A stretch of 64,000 nt of DNA, from the NCBI RefSeq assembly GCF_001194135.2, contig NC_068982.1:115162697-115226696 (forward strand), in the 5' to 3' direction. This document shows, in pieces, positions 37,401-48,190 of the stretch. The position numbers were made by a program, and so were the translations under genes. A model generated the notes under the pieces. The model was not told where the DNA came from. It did no database searches and saw only the letters and a list, made by a program, of their open reading frames with translations. How positions within the stretch are numbered: position 1 is the first letter of the stretch; the number at the start of each line of letters is the position of its first letter. Source of the stretch: Octopus bimaculoides. Lineage: Eukaryota.

Positions 37401-40400
37401 TCCAACTCAAGAAAATGTTCTATAAAATCAGAAATTTTTATAAAAACAAGGAAATCCAAACAAATAAAAAAGAAAAGAAAACGTCCTATTTTTCAGGTTC
37501 ATGTTCTAAGCATTTTGATCTCAGAACAAATATATGCATGGCTGTGTGGTGGAAAAATTTGCTTCCCAACCACATGGTTTGGGGTTCAGTTTCACTACAC
37601 AGAAATTTAAGTGTCTTCTACTAGAGTTCCAGGTTGACCAAAGCCTTGTGATGGGATTTGGAAGATGGAAACCAAAAGGAGATTGTCATGTGTATGTATT
37701 TTACATTTGTGCTCACTTCTACAAAAGTTGCAACATACAAGCAGTGTTGTCAATTCTGTCAAATTGTCCACTAACTTCACACTTTCAATGCCATGCAGAG
37801 TAAGAGAAAAACAGGCAAGGGTTAGCAACAGGAAAGACATCCAGCGGTAAAACAATATCTCAATAATATATTCATCTAACCCTTGCAAACATGGACATAA
37901 AACAAATGAACATTCATCATTCTTTGTTGTAGTCAAACCAACAGTATGTGTAACCATTGTACAAAACCAATTTGACATATTGTTTAGTACTGTGAGTGAT
38001 TAAATATCAAAATATCATCAGTTGCCAATGGTGATATCTGCCATAGGATTGCAACATTTCCTCAATAAAATTAAAATTAACAACGGTAGTTGTTTCAGGA
38101 AGCTCATTCTGTGGTAAAATATCAGGTTCAATAATTCATGCAACCTATTTAAATCTGCAGAACCTTTCAATGCAGGCTTGCTGGAGGAGAAAGAAATGCA
38201 GAAATCTGAATGAAAATGAAAATATGACAGCCAATGGCTTCTACCAGTAGTTCAAAGAGATATCATGTTGGCAGAAAAAAATTTCAACAAGCAGCTAGCA
38301 TTCTCAAAAGGATTCAGAATTGAAGCAAACACTACAAAACCAGTAAATATGCTGACATATTTTTGGAGCAAACTCTTTTTATATTGATTTGCAAATTAAG
38401 ATACATATGTGGATTAAGAAATTTAAGATACATAAATCAAACAAATTTAGTTTCATCTTTTAGTTCAATGATAGCTGCCATATATTGCAATGTTTAACTA
38501 GAATAGTGTTGTATCTATTTCAAAGTTAGTACTCAGTAACATTGTAATTTAAGTGCAAAACAGTTATTTTGACTACTTTCAATAAACAGTATAAAAGAAA
38601 ACACATTGGTTTCTACTTGTAACTTATTTGTATGGTACTCTTGTAGTAACCCACACTGAAAAAAATGCAGCTTCTGGAATTCCTCCTAGTTCACATTTTG
38701 CATATAAACCAACAAAAGTTCACACTAATGTCATCAATCTGGTAGAGTGTAGTAAAATCATGGATATCATTCTCCTTGCGTAATGAAAAAAGCAAGGGAA
38801 AAAAAGCAGACACTCTGGATATATTTCTTATTGGCTATTCAAGAGTAAACATAAAAATATTCTTGAGGTGGAATGTGAGAAAGTTGGGTGTATTTTGTTT
38901 CCTCAATAACTTTTATAAGATAATCTGTTGAGTGGATTAACTGTTAGAAGTGCTATAAGAGGCTTAACAATACTATTAAGGTTTCTTCATAGGAAACAAC
39001 TAGAAAATTTTGGAATCTTATGAGAGGAAACAAAAGTTATTACAGTTATGTCCTTCCAAATAAATAACAGAGATAAAGGAAAATGGCTTTAGCTGTAAAT
39101 CAAAAGAATCAACAGTCTAATAACTATTTCTAATTTTGACACAAGGCCTGTAATTTTTGAGGTGGCAATTAGTCAATGCCATTAAACTTAGTACTTGACT
39201 GGTACTTTAACCTCAAAAGATGAAAGGTAAAGTTGACCTTACTGGGATTTGAACTCAGAATGTAAAGAGTTGGAAAAAATACTTTAAGATATTTTAACCA
39301 ACACTAACAATTCTGCCAATCCACTACCCTAAACAATCTATTAATAAAAACCTATAACAGGATTAATATATTCAGAGATTAGCAGGAGCACTAGTTTTCC
39401 AGGAATAGTTCTTCATATGGCTCCCAATGACATTTAGGACCACAACCATGCATCTGTCAGTTAATTTTAATTTTTGTTTTTCCAATTTGAAATTCACTGT
39501 TCATAGTTAACAAAAATTGGGTGGTTGCCATAAACTGGATGCCTATGTATTGTTTATGAACTAGGTAGAATGTGGCAAGCCAATGTTTTTAAATAGAATG
39601 CATCTTTTAGAAATGTCACAGGACAATTAACATATACATCCATAATATATATTATATAAACAACACTCATACTAACAATATTGTAATATTTGAGATATAC
39701 AATCATTATATACTCTATAAACAACATTCATACCACCAATATTATACACTTTCATTTTTGAAGTATGTATCAGGTAGAAAACACTGAAGGCACTACCTAG
39801 AAATCAAATGCTTCCTACATTCTCCTGTTGGTATAGAAAGACAAATGAAGAAAGAAGCTGTAAAAGCAACAGTGATAGTAATTTGCAGTTTTTTTTATGA
39901 TACAGCAATAAGCAGTTAATCCATGGAAATTAATGTTCTACAGCAACAAACAACTTTTCAATGGTTGCACTACAATGAGGAGGTAATACATCATGAAACT
40001 AAATTTTTATAACTTAGCACATAGTAAACAATAACACCAAAGTGTATGCTATGTTTGTCTACAGGCTTTAACATTCAAAAATACTATTTTTATACTTTTG
40101 ACTTCTTTCAAAAATTTTTTGAGTGCAAAAGATCCTAAAAAGCAGCTGAAGAGGGGAGAACATCAACTCCTAATATGAAATATCATTACATCATAAACTT
40201 GAAGAATATCGCTTACCTTGTTGGTGTCTTACACTGAGGAGATTTCTCTGGTTGTAAAGATTTTGGAGTTGTACTAAACTGTTCAACAGAGTTATTTCTT
40301 AATACACTACTACGAGATGTTTGAGTACTGCCACCTCCACCACCAGTCATGTGCTGAACTTCGCTAACTCCAATATTTGTTAATGCCATCAAGTTCTCTG

Positions 40401-42027
40401 CTTGGCCAACAGAGTCTATATAAGACAGTGAAAAAGTATTCAAGCCTTATTGAAAAATGGTTAATTATAACAGAAACAAAAGAAAAAACATGATTTTAAT
40501 TAAGGAAACCTAATCAGATCTAGACAAACAATATAATCAGATGACACATGGTTTTCAATAAATTTGTGAAGTCTAACAATTTAATAAGAACTCAGAACAA
40601 TTTATTCAACAATCAGGCAATGACCTATGGCCAACAATTTAAACTTCAGATATGTGAATACATTCTAGATTGTGGCTGGAATTTTTTTACAATTTATCAG
40701 TGAGGTGGATCAAAAAAAAAATGTCAAGCAAAATAACTGAATCAGAAGTTCAGCTTTGTCATTGCAAAACACAAAAGTGAACCAAGGAGAGTTTTTTTTT
40801 TCTATATTTCAATAAAACTAAAAGCTTCCCTCTAAATCTAAGATGAGAGAATGCTGTCAACATATACCAGTATAGTGAAATATTTTCATCCTAAATCATT
40901 TTATAAATTATATCGGTTAGTTAGATTTGTTGTTAACCTTAACTGTTTAAACCCTGACATCATGTGAACAGCTGAATTACTACTCAAATTCTGGTATAAT
41001 ATCATAACTAACATTTGAACGAGTATCATTTTCACCTTGTAAGCTTACTTTGTCATATTCTTCTAACTGAAAATCCCCAATATTTTAATAATTAGAAACA
41101 TTCACATCACAACTATCCATCACCACAGTCCGCATTTATTCAACTAGCAACTATTGTTTCCAAATCAGCGCAACAGTAATAACTAGAAAATATCTTGAAA
41201 CTCAATAGAGAATTCTACACAGAGGGCTATGTTCCTTTTAGCTAATTGAACAACAGTTGCAATTGCAGGCAAGTATCATTTGCAAAGTTATAAATGGTAT
41301 AAATACCAGAGAAAATTCATCTGCCAAACACTCACAACACTCTAACAACAGTAATTAATCCATATAATGTAGAAACATATTATTGCTTAGAAACAAAATG
41401 TAGTAGACATCTGCTCATGTATATGTATTTTCAAATAGTTACTATCATACCAATCATCAGGGTTCAAAAGTGTTAAATTTAGAATTTCAATCACCATGAT
41501 ACCTAAAGTTAAGTAGTTAAAGACATTACAAATATATACTCATTTACACAACTGCAGAAATTAACCTACCTGGATCCTTTATCTGATTGCCTTTCACAAA
41601 CGCTGGAAACTTCATGTCCTCGTGCTTCAAGAAATACGTATCCTGATCCAAAGGTCCACCACCATCAACTCGACAAGTGGGAGTAGCTAAATCACTTGCT
41701 AACCTCCCAAATGTCTTTGACATATTTGCTTGCCATAAAGACACACATTTGTTCTTGAATAGAGTCTGTCTGTTACTAGGTGAATTTGCTGAGAAGCCTA
41801 CTTGTGAATGAATTGAATGAATTGAATGGTAAGGACTATTTAATCGAGGGCTCTTAGCAGGAGATGGAGCAGGACATAAATCTGTCTCTTTCACTGTCTG
41901 ACAATCAGATGATGCTGTTTCAACATCTTCACAGTATGCCACATTTTTCACTATTTCGACTTGCTGCTGTTGCTGCTGTTGATGTTGAAGGCTGTTGGTC
42001 TCTAGTGCATCTAGAACCACAATTTCC
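14395..42027 (-). CDS. SENP6: SENP6/SENP7-type SUMO-specific cysteine protease (Ulp1/C48 family); 18 exons, 3202 nt, about 1067 aa if the ATG is completed by an upstream exon
   Basis: All 18 exons join in frame via GT-AG. Motifs: [17 protein letters not shown] (SENP6/7 loop 1), [53 protein letters not shown] (His), ILIFDSL (Asp), [10 protein letters not shown] (Gln/Cys). It is probably the single invertebrate co-orthologue of SENP6 and SENP7; loop 1 is closer to SENP6. Confidence 0.93.
15969..16177. mobile_element. Tc1/mariner (Tigger/pogo-type) MITE, 209 bp
   Basis: TIR cagtaatccctcg vs revcomp cagtaaccccttg (11/13); TA on both sides. Confidence 0.75.
16593..16850. mobile_element. hAT (Charlie-type) MITE
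   Basis: Perfect 15-bp IR aggggttttcaaact (16594-16608) / agtttgaaaacccct (16835-16849); no clean 8-bp TSD. Confidence 0.7.
16960..17113 (-). CDS. SENP6: SENP6/7 exon with catalytic Cys (YLQVEW...[22 protein letters not shown])
   Basis: Acceptor aaacag, donor GTGATT; phase 2/0. Confidence 0.96.
17847..18450. mobile_element. Possible degenerate hAT/Tip100-like MITE
   Basis: Left end cagggtcagattta and right subterminal gggcccc...ggtctaaat; right TIR eroded. Confidence 0.3.
18689..18757 (-). CDS. SENP6: SENP6/7 exon with catalytic Asp ([22 protein letters not shown])
   Basis: Acceptor ttgtag, donor GTAAGT; phase 2/2; read manually (69 nt). Confidence 0.95.
19368..19429 (-). CDS. SENP6: SENP6/7 small exon ([20 protein letters not shown])
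   Basis: Acceptor ttgcag, donor GTAAGT; its phase 0/2 is what is needed to join the flanking exons. Confidence 0.85.
19776..20084 (-). mobile_element. tRNA(Arg)-headed SINE with the same head/body but a different 3' tail
   Basis: Matches the 43k/47k copies from the head to about 19893, then continues ...gctgcgatggactggcatcccgtccagc... Confidence 0.85.
20294..20438 (-). CDS. SENP6: SENP6/7 exon with catalytic His ([12 protein letters not shown]...ETNK)
   Basis: Acceptor ttattag, donor GTAAGG; phase 2/0. Confidence 0.94.
20947..21124 (+). repeat. Short RTE fragment closely matching 23829-23981
   Basis: Shares an identical run gagagaagactgcattggtttggtcatgtaatgtagatggatactgaca plus similar flanks. 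Confidence 0.85.
21278..21370 (-). CDS. SENP6: SENP6/7 exon ([30 protein letters not shown])
   Basis: Acceptor gattag, donor GTAAGT; phase 2/2. Confidence 0.95.
21676..21807 (-). CDS. SENP6: SENP6/7 exon (YLVLEKL...FSSFFYKRL...DPYC)
   Basis: Acceptor catgtaag (AAG), donor GTAAGT; phase 2/2. Confidence 0.93.
22128..22244 (-). CDS. SENP6: SENP6/7 exon with loop 1 ([38 protein letters not shown])
   Basis: Acceptor tttcag, donor GTAAGA; phase 2/2. Confidence 0.96.
23105..24175 (+). mobile_element. 5'-truncated RTE-clade LINE remnant
   Basis: ORFs 23124..23396 and 23431..23799: [20 protein letters not shown] (degenerate YADD), [39 protein letters not shown]. Confidence 0.85.
24180..24428 (+). 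mobile_element. RTE-tailed SINE-like repeat containing a 24-bp tandem array (24225-24344, 5 units)
   Basis: Unit gccacataaaagcacccatgcaat; tail ccaacccatgccagcatggacaatgga...aatgat. Confidence 0.7.
24790..25400 (-). mobile_element. Old CR1/Jockey-group LINE 3' remnant
   Basis: Minus-strand [14 protein letters not shown] (cf. IRP.LEYCS..W) and SFLSRTL..NSI..YFFP (cf. SF..RT...WN.LP..VFP); heavily decayed. Confidence 0.5.
26053..26380 (-). CDS. SENP6: SENP6/7 exon ([11 protein letters not shown]...GFSGPVE)
   Basis: Acceptor tttcag, donor GTATGT; phase 1/2; 328 nt open. Confidence 0.9.
26446..26735. repeat. Degenerate GT-rich minisatellite (gtgtt(a)a-agtgttacac-like units)
   Basis: Recurrent aagtgttacac / gtgtgtgtt motifs. 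Confidence 0.6.
28418..28510. repeat. (GT)n/(GTGC)n microsatellite
   Basis: Direct reading. Confidence 0.95.
29000..29160 (-). mobile_element. CORE-like SINE head module (related copies at about 1093-1160, 37535-37700, 51897-52010, 62960-63115)
   Basis: Similarity to 63610-63775. Confidence 0.7.
29194..29411. other. Assembly gap (218 N) within a (TA)n tract
   Basis: N run. Confidence 1.
29690..29866 (-). CDS. SENP6: SENP6/7 exon (EDKPTEF...RPVVILHL...YDPNSS), pre-catalytic domain
   Basis: Acceptor ttttag, donor GTAAGT; phase 1/1. Confidence 0.88.
31120..31327 (-). CDS. SENP6: SENP6/7 exon (LGNVVSR...TRNLRIG...LFKFT)
   Basis: Acceptor tttcag, donor GTAAGT; phase 0/1. Confidence 0.88.
31868..32100 (-). 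CDS. SENP6: SENP6/7 exon (TVTISDDDE...RMEDE)
   Basis: Acceptor tttcag, donor GTGAGT; phase 1/0. Confidence 0.87.
32645..33154. repeat. Diverged intronic direct duplication (32645-32835 vs 32942-33154)
   Basis: Colinear blocks aaagtgaaa.aattctgacaacagttcca, ctgaatatagtaa, gtctt.ccaaggaaat, aattact. Confidence 0.7.
33470..33745 (-). mobile_element. Possible one-ended piggyBac-type MITE fragment
   Basis: Ends gtaacaaaaggg-TTAA at 33742-33745; the other end was not found. Confidence 0.3.
33795..34182 (-). CDS. SENP6: SENP6/7 exon ([14 protein letters not shown]...KPPVP)
   Basis: Acceptor ttccag, donor GTAGAT; phase 0/1; 388 nt open. Confidence 0.85.
36161..36246 (-). CDS. SENP6: SENP6/7 exon (KTVNCILP...GSLST)
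   Basis: Acceptor tttcag, donor GTGAGT; phase 1/0. Confidence 0.78.
36556..36671 (-). CDS. SENP6: SENP6/7 exon (RKALNNK...QNCSN); alternative start at 36668 (NAGNAG)
   Basis: Acceptor ttttag/cag, donor GTAAAT; phase 2/1. Confidence 0.77.
37232..37318 (-). CDS. SENP6: SENP6/7 exon (EQTCEANL...INVAR)
   Basis: Acceptor ttgcag, donor GTGAGA; phase 2/2 fits both neighbours. Confidence 0.72.
39145..39328 (-). mobile_element. Old copy of the Meta-like SINE
   Basis: Reverse-complement similarity to 365-573. Confidence 0.6.
40217..40415 (-). CDS. SENP6: SENP6/7 exon (SVGQAENL...GGGGGS...CKTPT)
   Basis: Acceptor tatatag, donor GTAAGC; phase 1/2. Confidence 0.8.
41570..42027 (-). CDS. SENP6: SENP6/7 large N-terminal exon (EIVVLDALE...polyQ...IKDP)
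   Basis: Acceptor attcag, donor GTAGGT; 458 nt open; phase-2 start means an upstream exon is required. Confidence 0.82.
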
Positions 42028-42988
42028 CTGAATTTGGAAGGACAATTTTTAAAATGTTAATTTAAAATCAGCATATAATATATTTTGCTTCCAAGATTAA
42101 ATTCTGTTTAACAGATACAATAAATGGGATGTCATCATTTCAGTTCATTTTGACATATTACCACACATATAAATGTAACTGTATTTCCTTTCTGAAATAA
42201 TTTTCACAAAAAAGCTTATTTAATTACTTTCATATAAAACTCTAATCAAAAAGTGTATAAACTAGATAAGAAAATTATAAAGATGTAACTCCACAACTAC
42301 AGATATTAATACTCACAACAAACTGATAGTAAAATGGTGTATCACAGTTCAAAGTATACTACTGCAGTACCACATCAACTGAATGCACACTACAGCATGG
42401 AAAGTTATTTAAATTTGGTTGCTCTTTCTTTTCTGTTTTTTGCACATGTAGCAAGTCAGTTATAAAAAAAAAAACTTATATTGTTACTAGTATCAATAAT
42501 ATGAACTGCACCCAAAGATTTAGCCTAGTCTAAGTAGAGAAATGAAAAATGTGAGCTGTGTAACTCAAAAGCAGTTCTGCAAAACTGTTGATAAAAATAC
42601 TGTTGTAAGTAAAAGGTAAAAGCACAAATGAAAAGTGTGAGTCATGAATGAGGCCAAAGCAAGAGCATATTGTTAAGATAAAGACCATAGGTAAAAGCCA
42701 CTGAGATGTGCTGCTAAAGAGGGGTTATGCCAAAGTGAGGGGTTCTAAAAATAACAAGATTTACTCTTTCTTTTCTAAAAGCTTATGCTTGAAACAGTCC
42801 ATCATTTTGATTAGATCATTTTTTATATAACTTTGACTTCTGCCAATAGTAGTAATAAAGAATATTCAGTCCAGAATATGGATGGTTTAAATCTGTCATG
42901 AGACCGCTATCAGTAAACAATTTTCATTCAATAGAAAGCTAGATTTAATGACACTGCTTCTTCAAAAAGAATGCAACAGTGTAACAGT

Positions 42989-43367
42989 TGTTGGCACTCC
43001 GTTACTTACGACATTGAGGGTTCCAGTCGATCCGATCAATGGAACAGCCTGCTCGTGAAATTAATGTGTAAGTGGCTGAGCAATCCACAGACGTGTACCT
43101 TTAACGTAGTTCTCGGAGATATTCAGCGTGACACAGTGTGACAAGGCTGACCCTTTGAATTAAAGGCATAACAGAAACAGGAAGTAAGAGTGAGAGAAAG
43201 TTGTGGTGAAAGAGTACAGCAGGGTTCGCCACCATCCCCTGCCGAAGCCTCATGGAACTTTTAGGTGTTTTCGCTCAATAAACACTCACAACGCCCGGTC
43301 TGGGAATCGAAACCGCGATCCTATGACCGCAAGTCCGCTGCCCTAACCACTGGGCCATTGCGCCTCC
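42989..43367 (-). mobile_element. Full-length tRNA(Arg)-headed SINE (octopus OR-like), tail ending gagtgccaacaa
   Basis: A box TGGCCCAGTGG, B box GGTTTCGATTCC; perfect 13-bp TSD acagtgtaacagt (42976-42988, 43368-43380). Confidence 0.9.
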
Positions 43368-43652
43368 ACAGTGTAACAGTAAATGTTTTCGAAAGGAATA
43401 CAGGTGATTCTAAAGCCAATGGTTCTCAAATGAATAAGCTGCAAATTAAATATGTGGGTGTGAATGCCATAAATAGTGGACACAGGTGATGCCGTCAATA
43501 CTAAATCTGTTTGGGAGGAAGAATAAAGAAAACAGGAGTGGATCAAGCAGATGATAAGTAGCATTACATAGGTGGTAGGGGGCAGCAGTTTAGTGTAGGG
43601 AGATGATGGATATAGTGACAATCAAAAGGACAATGATGGCAGATATGTTTAA

Positions 43653-43745
43653 GGCAGTGTGAGCTGGCTGAAACGTTAGCACGTCAGGCAAAATGTTTAG
43701 CAGTATTTCGTCTGTCACTACATTCTGAGTTCAAATTCCGCCGCT
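43653..43745 (+). mobile_element. 3'-truncated Meta-like SINE head
   Basis: gagctggctgaaacgttagcacg...ttctgagttcaaattccgcc matches the 365-460 segment. Confidence 0.7.
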
Positions 43746-45052
43746 GCACTATAAGTACACTTGTGCTTTGATTAGAATCAATAATAACAAGGAAGCCTAG
43801 CGTTTGGAGAGCAGTTGAAGCTATTATAGATGAGGATGTGATACAAAGCATTCATAACAGGTTTGAAGGCTTTGTCAGGTTTAGTTAGAGTAAGGTGGAA
43901 GTGTGTTGTATTTGTGATATTATGTTCCTATTTTTCATTCATAGATGTGAGGTGCATTGATTACATGGAGAGGACATGTACATGTGAAAAATTATAACAT
44001 AATTCATACTATGACACTGGTCTGAAACTATATCAATATAAATCATGCATTACATCAAGGGATAGGATTACAATGGTAGCAGTGAATAGAAAAAAACAAA
44101 ACTGTTTATTGAGATGAAATAAGTCAACTGTTAACATGAAAATTTTGATTTGATGGATCTGCAAATTTTGGTATTTGCATGAATTGTTAGCAAATTTAAG
44201 TAAACAGAATAATAATGTACTTTATTGGTAGAAGTACCATAGTATCTATGACAAGATCTTGTGCTCATTAGCTTTAGTTTAATAATCCAGCATCTACAAC
44301 AGAAGCAAATTGTTCTTGTCCAACATTGAAGGAGAATTTAAAACAATGCTTTAGACAGACAAATTTGTCAGTTTATTTCAATGAGCCAGATCATTGTAGC
44401 ATTAAAGCAAACAGTAAACAGAACTGAGAGGTACACCTAATGTGGAGATATAAGAAATGGAAATTAGTGTATGGCAAGGAAGAGAGAAATTTAGGAAGAA
44501 AGATGATCCGCAAGGTCCATGAAAGAGTGTATGTAACAATTGATGTAAAATATATAGAGCAAGAAATGTAAGGATAGCAAGTTAGGGTCTTATTTCTACC
44601 AATTATCCTTTTCTATCTGGGCCTAAAATAGAAGGAAAAAGTTAAGTGTGATAGGCAACTGAGGACATAAATATAAGAAGGGATTAGCTAGTACAACTCA
44701 TTTTTTATGACAGGAATTTGGTTATTGTGTCAACTGGACTTATCTGAGCAGGAAAAAACAGAAAGACCTGAATATTGAAGATTTCAAGAAGTCTCTGGGT
44801 AATATTATATACTTTTAAACCAAAGAAATGAAATAATCAAAAGCCTTAAAGTATGTGCGAGAAGGAAGGAAAAAGCAGATGATACAGGGAAAAGATGGGG
44901 GATAAAAACTGTCAAAGCAGTTAGATTATTTCCTGTTGAAGAGAACAAACACAGATACATGTGCAAATAGTAATAGTTATGAGTTAGATGTGATTGGAGA
45001 GCACAAAAATAACTGAGACTAGTTGACTAGTGAAATTTGTATTACTGTAGTG

Positions 45053-45355
45053 CAGTGGTTCCCAAAGTGGGTGGTATTGCGCTCATGGGGGCAGTGGAAA
45101 GTTCCAAGGGGGTGTTGAAGAAAAGTGGGGAGATAATGGAGTAGTGATACATGTAAAAAGTAGGGTGATAATGGGGTAGTGATTCATGTAAAAACACCAA
45201 AATAATGGGTTCCTTAGGTTATGTTTTATTCGTAAAAATACCGTTGCTTTGAATTTGCTTCAGAAAGAGGTCTGTGTTTGTGGTGGTTAGTTGGGGTGTG
45301 GGTGCTAGGAATGTGACTGGGGGTGGGGGAGCTGGGAAAAGTTTGGGAACCACTG
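45053..45355. mobile_element. hAT (Charlie-type) MITE, 303 bp
   Basis: Perfect 14-bp TIR cagtggttcccaaa / tttgggaaccactg and perfect 8-bp TSD ctgtagtg (45045-45052, 45356-45363). Confidence 0.92.
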
Positions 45356-45814
45356 CTGTAGTGTCCTCTGCATTTTTATGAATGGCACAGGATTATTTAT
45401 TGTAATCGATTGGGATTTTCATTGAGGCCAAGAGAGCAAGTGACTTTTTGTTTGTTCAATGTTAAAATTTTACATGGTTGACACTAATAAGGTAATCAGA
45501 AACTACATGAATATTTCAAATACATGCAACTGATAAATATAAATATGTGTCAAGGAAATATTTTACTTCAGAAAATTATTGTAAAGTTTCAATAAAAAAA
45601 AAAAAATTCAAGTTTTAAGGATTTTTTTTTTAGGTGGACCAGTGATACATATATATACATAACCACATTTTACTTATGCATTTTTTTATGCCTGCATGGA
45701 TTTTATAAACTTTGGACATTTGCCTATTGGTGGAGTAAGACTTTCCACAGTAGGAATAAGAAGAGATATTTGCTGTCAGAGACAACACAATGTTTATTAT
45801 TAATCCATTTTACT

Positions 45815-46010
45815 ATAGGTATAATGCCTGAAATTTTAGGGAAAGGGATCAGTTACATCAACCTCAGTGTTTCACTGGTACTTAACTTATCAACCCTAAA
45901 AAGATGAAACGCAAAGTCAACCTCAGCGGGATTTGAACTCAGAACGTAAAGACAGACAAAATGCAGTTAAGTATTTTGATCGGCATGCTAACAATTTATC
46001 AGCTCACTTG
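45815..46010 (-). mobile_element. Meta-like SINE copy
   Basis: Reverse-complement similarity to 365-573. Confidence 0.7.
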
Positions 46011-46995
46011 AATCAGCATCAGACTGAAATAATAATGTGTATATCCTATATTATATACAATATTTAAATTACATAATCAGTATTTCAGCTTGTATATATT
46101 ACATTTCTAAGAAATACTATTTCCACTTGATAGAAATATCATATAGTTTGCTATCTCAACAGTTTTTCTAGTTGTTGCAATATATGCCATCATTATTATT
46201 TACATTGGCATAGCATGGAAAGGTCTAATGAATTTGAACATATGAATGCAAGATTACAACATGGATACCTCGCTAGATGATCCATGGCAATGAATATAGG
46301 GGATAAACAGCAATTGGACATTAAGTACTGCACACTAAAGAAAAGTTGAAGCAAGAAACAGTCTAAAATTTAAAATATAACATTGGTCAGTGGACACAAG
46401 AAGTATCACAACTTAGATATTAATACAAGTACAAATGGATAATATATGATAGATAAAGAGGTGCTATGAATTGATAATAGTATGAAAATTTGGATGAAGA
46501 AGAAAGTGGAATGAAGTAGTTGGTCAGAATGGAAAGTTTCCATTACACATGAAATAACACAAAGAATTAGATGTTAAATGCATAATTATTGAAATTTGTT
46601 TTAAAAGTACTAATGAGATGGTAATACATTACTACTAACACAAAGACATATTCCTTAATTTGTTTTGCTTATACAATATTTCTAAGAAAACTACCTATGA
46701 ACCTGAGATAGGCTAATAGGAGGAAGAACCATACACTTTATTTATTTCTAAACTAGCAAAAGTTGGAAGTTTAAAGATATTTTCATATATACATTTGTTA
46801 CAGAGTGGAAGTGATACTTAGATTTAGCTTTGTTAATTAAAAACAAAGTAAAAATGCTTTGCTTACAACAGAATAGTTCTTGCTGCATAATTCAACTCTT
46901 GATATTGTGGTTTTAGTCAGAGACTTTAAATAACCAGCTACAGTGCCTCAGATTTACAGAGAAATGAATAATTATGTGTATATATATATACATAT

Positions 46996-47377
46996 GTTGT
47001 TGGCACTCCGTCACTTACGATGTCGAGGGTTCCAGTTGATCCAATCAACGGAACAGCCTGCTCATGAAATTAACATGCAAGTGGCTGAGCACTCCACAGA
47101 CACATGTACCCTTAACGTAGTTTTCAGGGAGATTCAGCGTGACACAGTGTGACAAGGTTGACCCTTTGAAATACAGGTACAACAGAAACAGGAAGAAAGA
47201 GTGAGAGAAAGTTGCGGTGGAAGAGTACAGCAGGGTTCGCCACCATCCCCTGCCGGAGCCTCGTGGAGTTTTAGGTGTTTTCGCTCAATAAACACTCACA
47301 AAGCCCGGTCTGGGAATCGAAACCGCGATCCTATGACCACGAGTCCGCTGCCCTAACCACTGGGCCATTGCGCCTCC
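46996..47377 (-). mobile_element. Second full-length copy of the same tRNA(Arg)-headed SINE
   Basis: Colinear with 42989-43367; TCG anticodon-like loop; flanked by atatatacatat on both sides (TSD in a TA tract). Confidence 0.9.
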
Positions 47378-47999
47378 ACATATATACATATATATAAATA
47401 AACTGGACCACAGCTTACCCAGCATCCATTCCACTTATTTTGGCCTGAGGTATAGGAGGTGTGCCAAGACTTGCAGTAATAGGGGACACTTGCTTGCAAC
47501 CAGAAGTCTGTCGTGTGTTCATTGCATTTTGCATAATATTCCCAGATTGGTTGAACATTGGTTTGAACCAGCTTTTTGGTCGAGTGTCTACACAATAAAG
47601 ACGAATCAAATGGTTAACATTTAAAATTAAAAAATTATAACATATGTCCATACATACATACATAACATAGGTTTGTCGAAACAAACAGGAAAATAGAACT
47701 TAAAACCTCTGCGTGTGTGTGTGTGTGTGGGCGCGTGTGTGTAATTTTTATTATCAATTACCAGAATATCTATATCTGTATATGCATGTTCAGTTTTTAA
47801 GCCTGTTTTTCCAACTGGCAGAAGGCTGATCAATGCCAATACATGACTCTTGGCTCACTCATAACTTATGCAATTGATAAAAAAAATGCACATACATGTA
47901 CACACACGCAAACATATATGATATACACACACTTATGCATGCTTGTATACAATAAAATCTTGACAAAAAGAATTAAATTGTCCACCATAAAAGCATCAT

Positions 48000-48190
48000 T
48001 ATCATCTTTTAATGTTTGTCTTCCATGTTGGCATGGGTTGGACAGTTTGACAGGAGCTGGTAGGCCAGAGGTATGCATCAAGCTCCACTGTCTGCTTTGT
48101 TGTGGTTCTTAGAGCTGGATGCCCTTCCTAGTGCCAACCACTTTACAAAGTGAACAGGGTACTTTTTGTGTGGCAACAACACCTGCGAAA
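48000..48190 (-). mobile_element. RTE-tailed SINE-like repeat
   Basis: ttccatgttggcatgggttggacag...gctggatgcccttcctagtgccaaccac. Confidence 0.65.

Noticed and set aside
47300-47377. tRNA-Arg-like sequence with A/B boxes (also at 43290-43367 and 20010-20084)
   Set aside because: These are SINE heads: attached to a repeat body with TSDs, with no proper acceptor stem.
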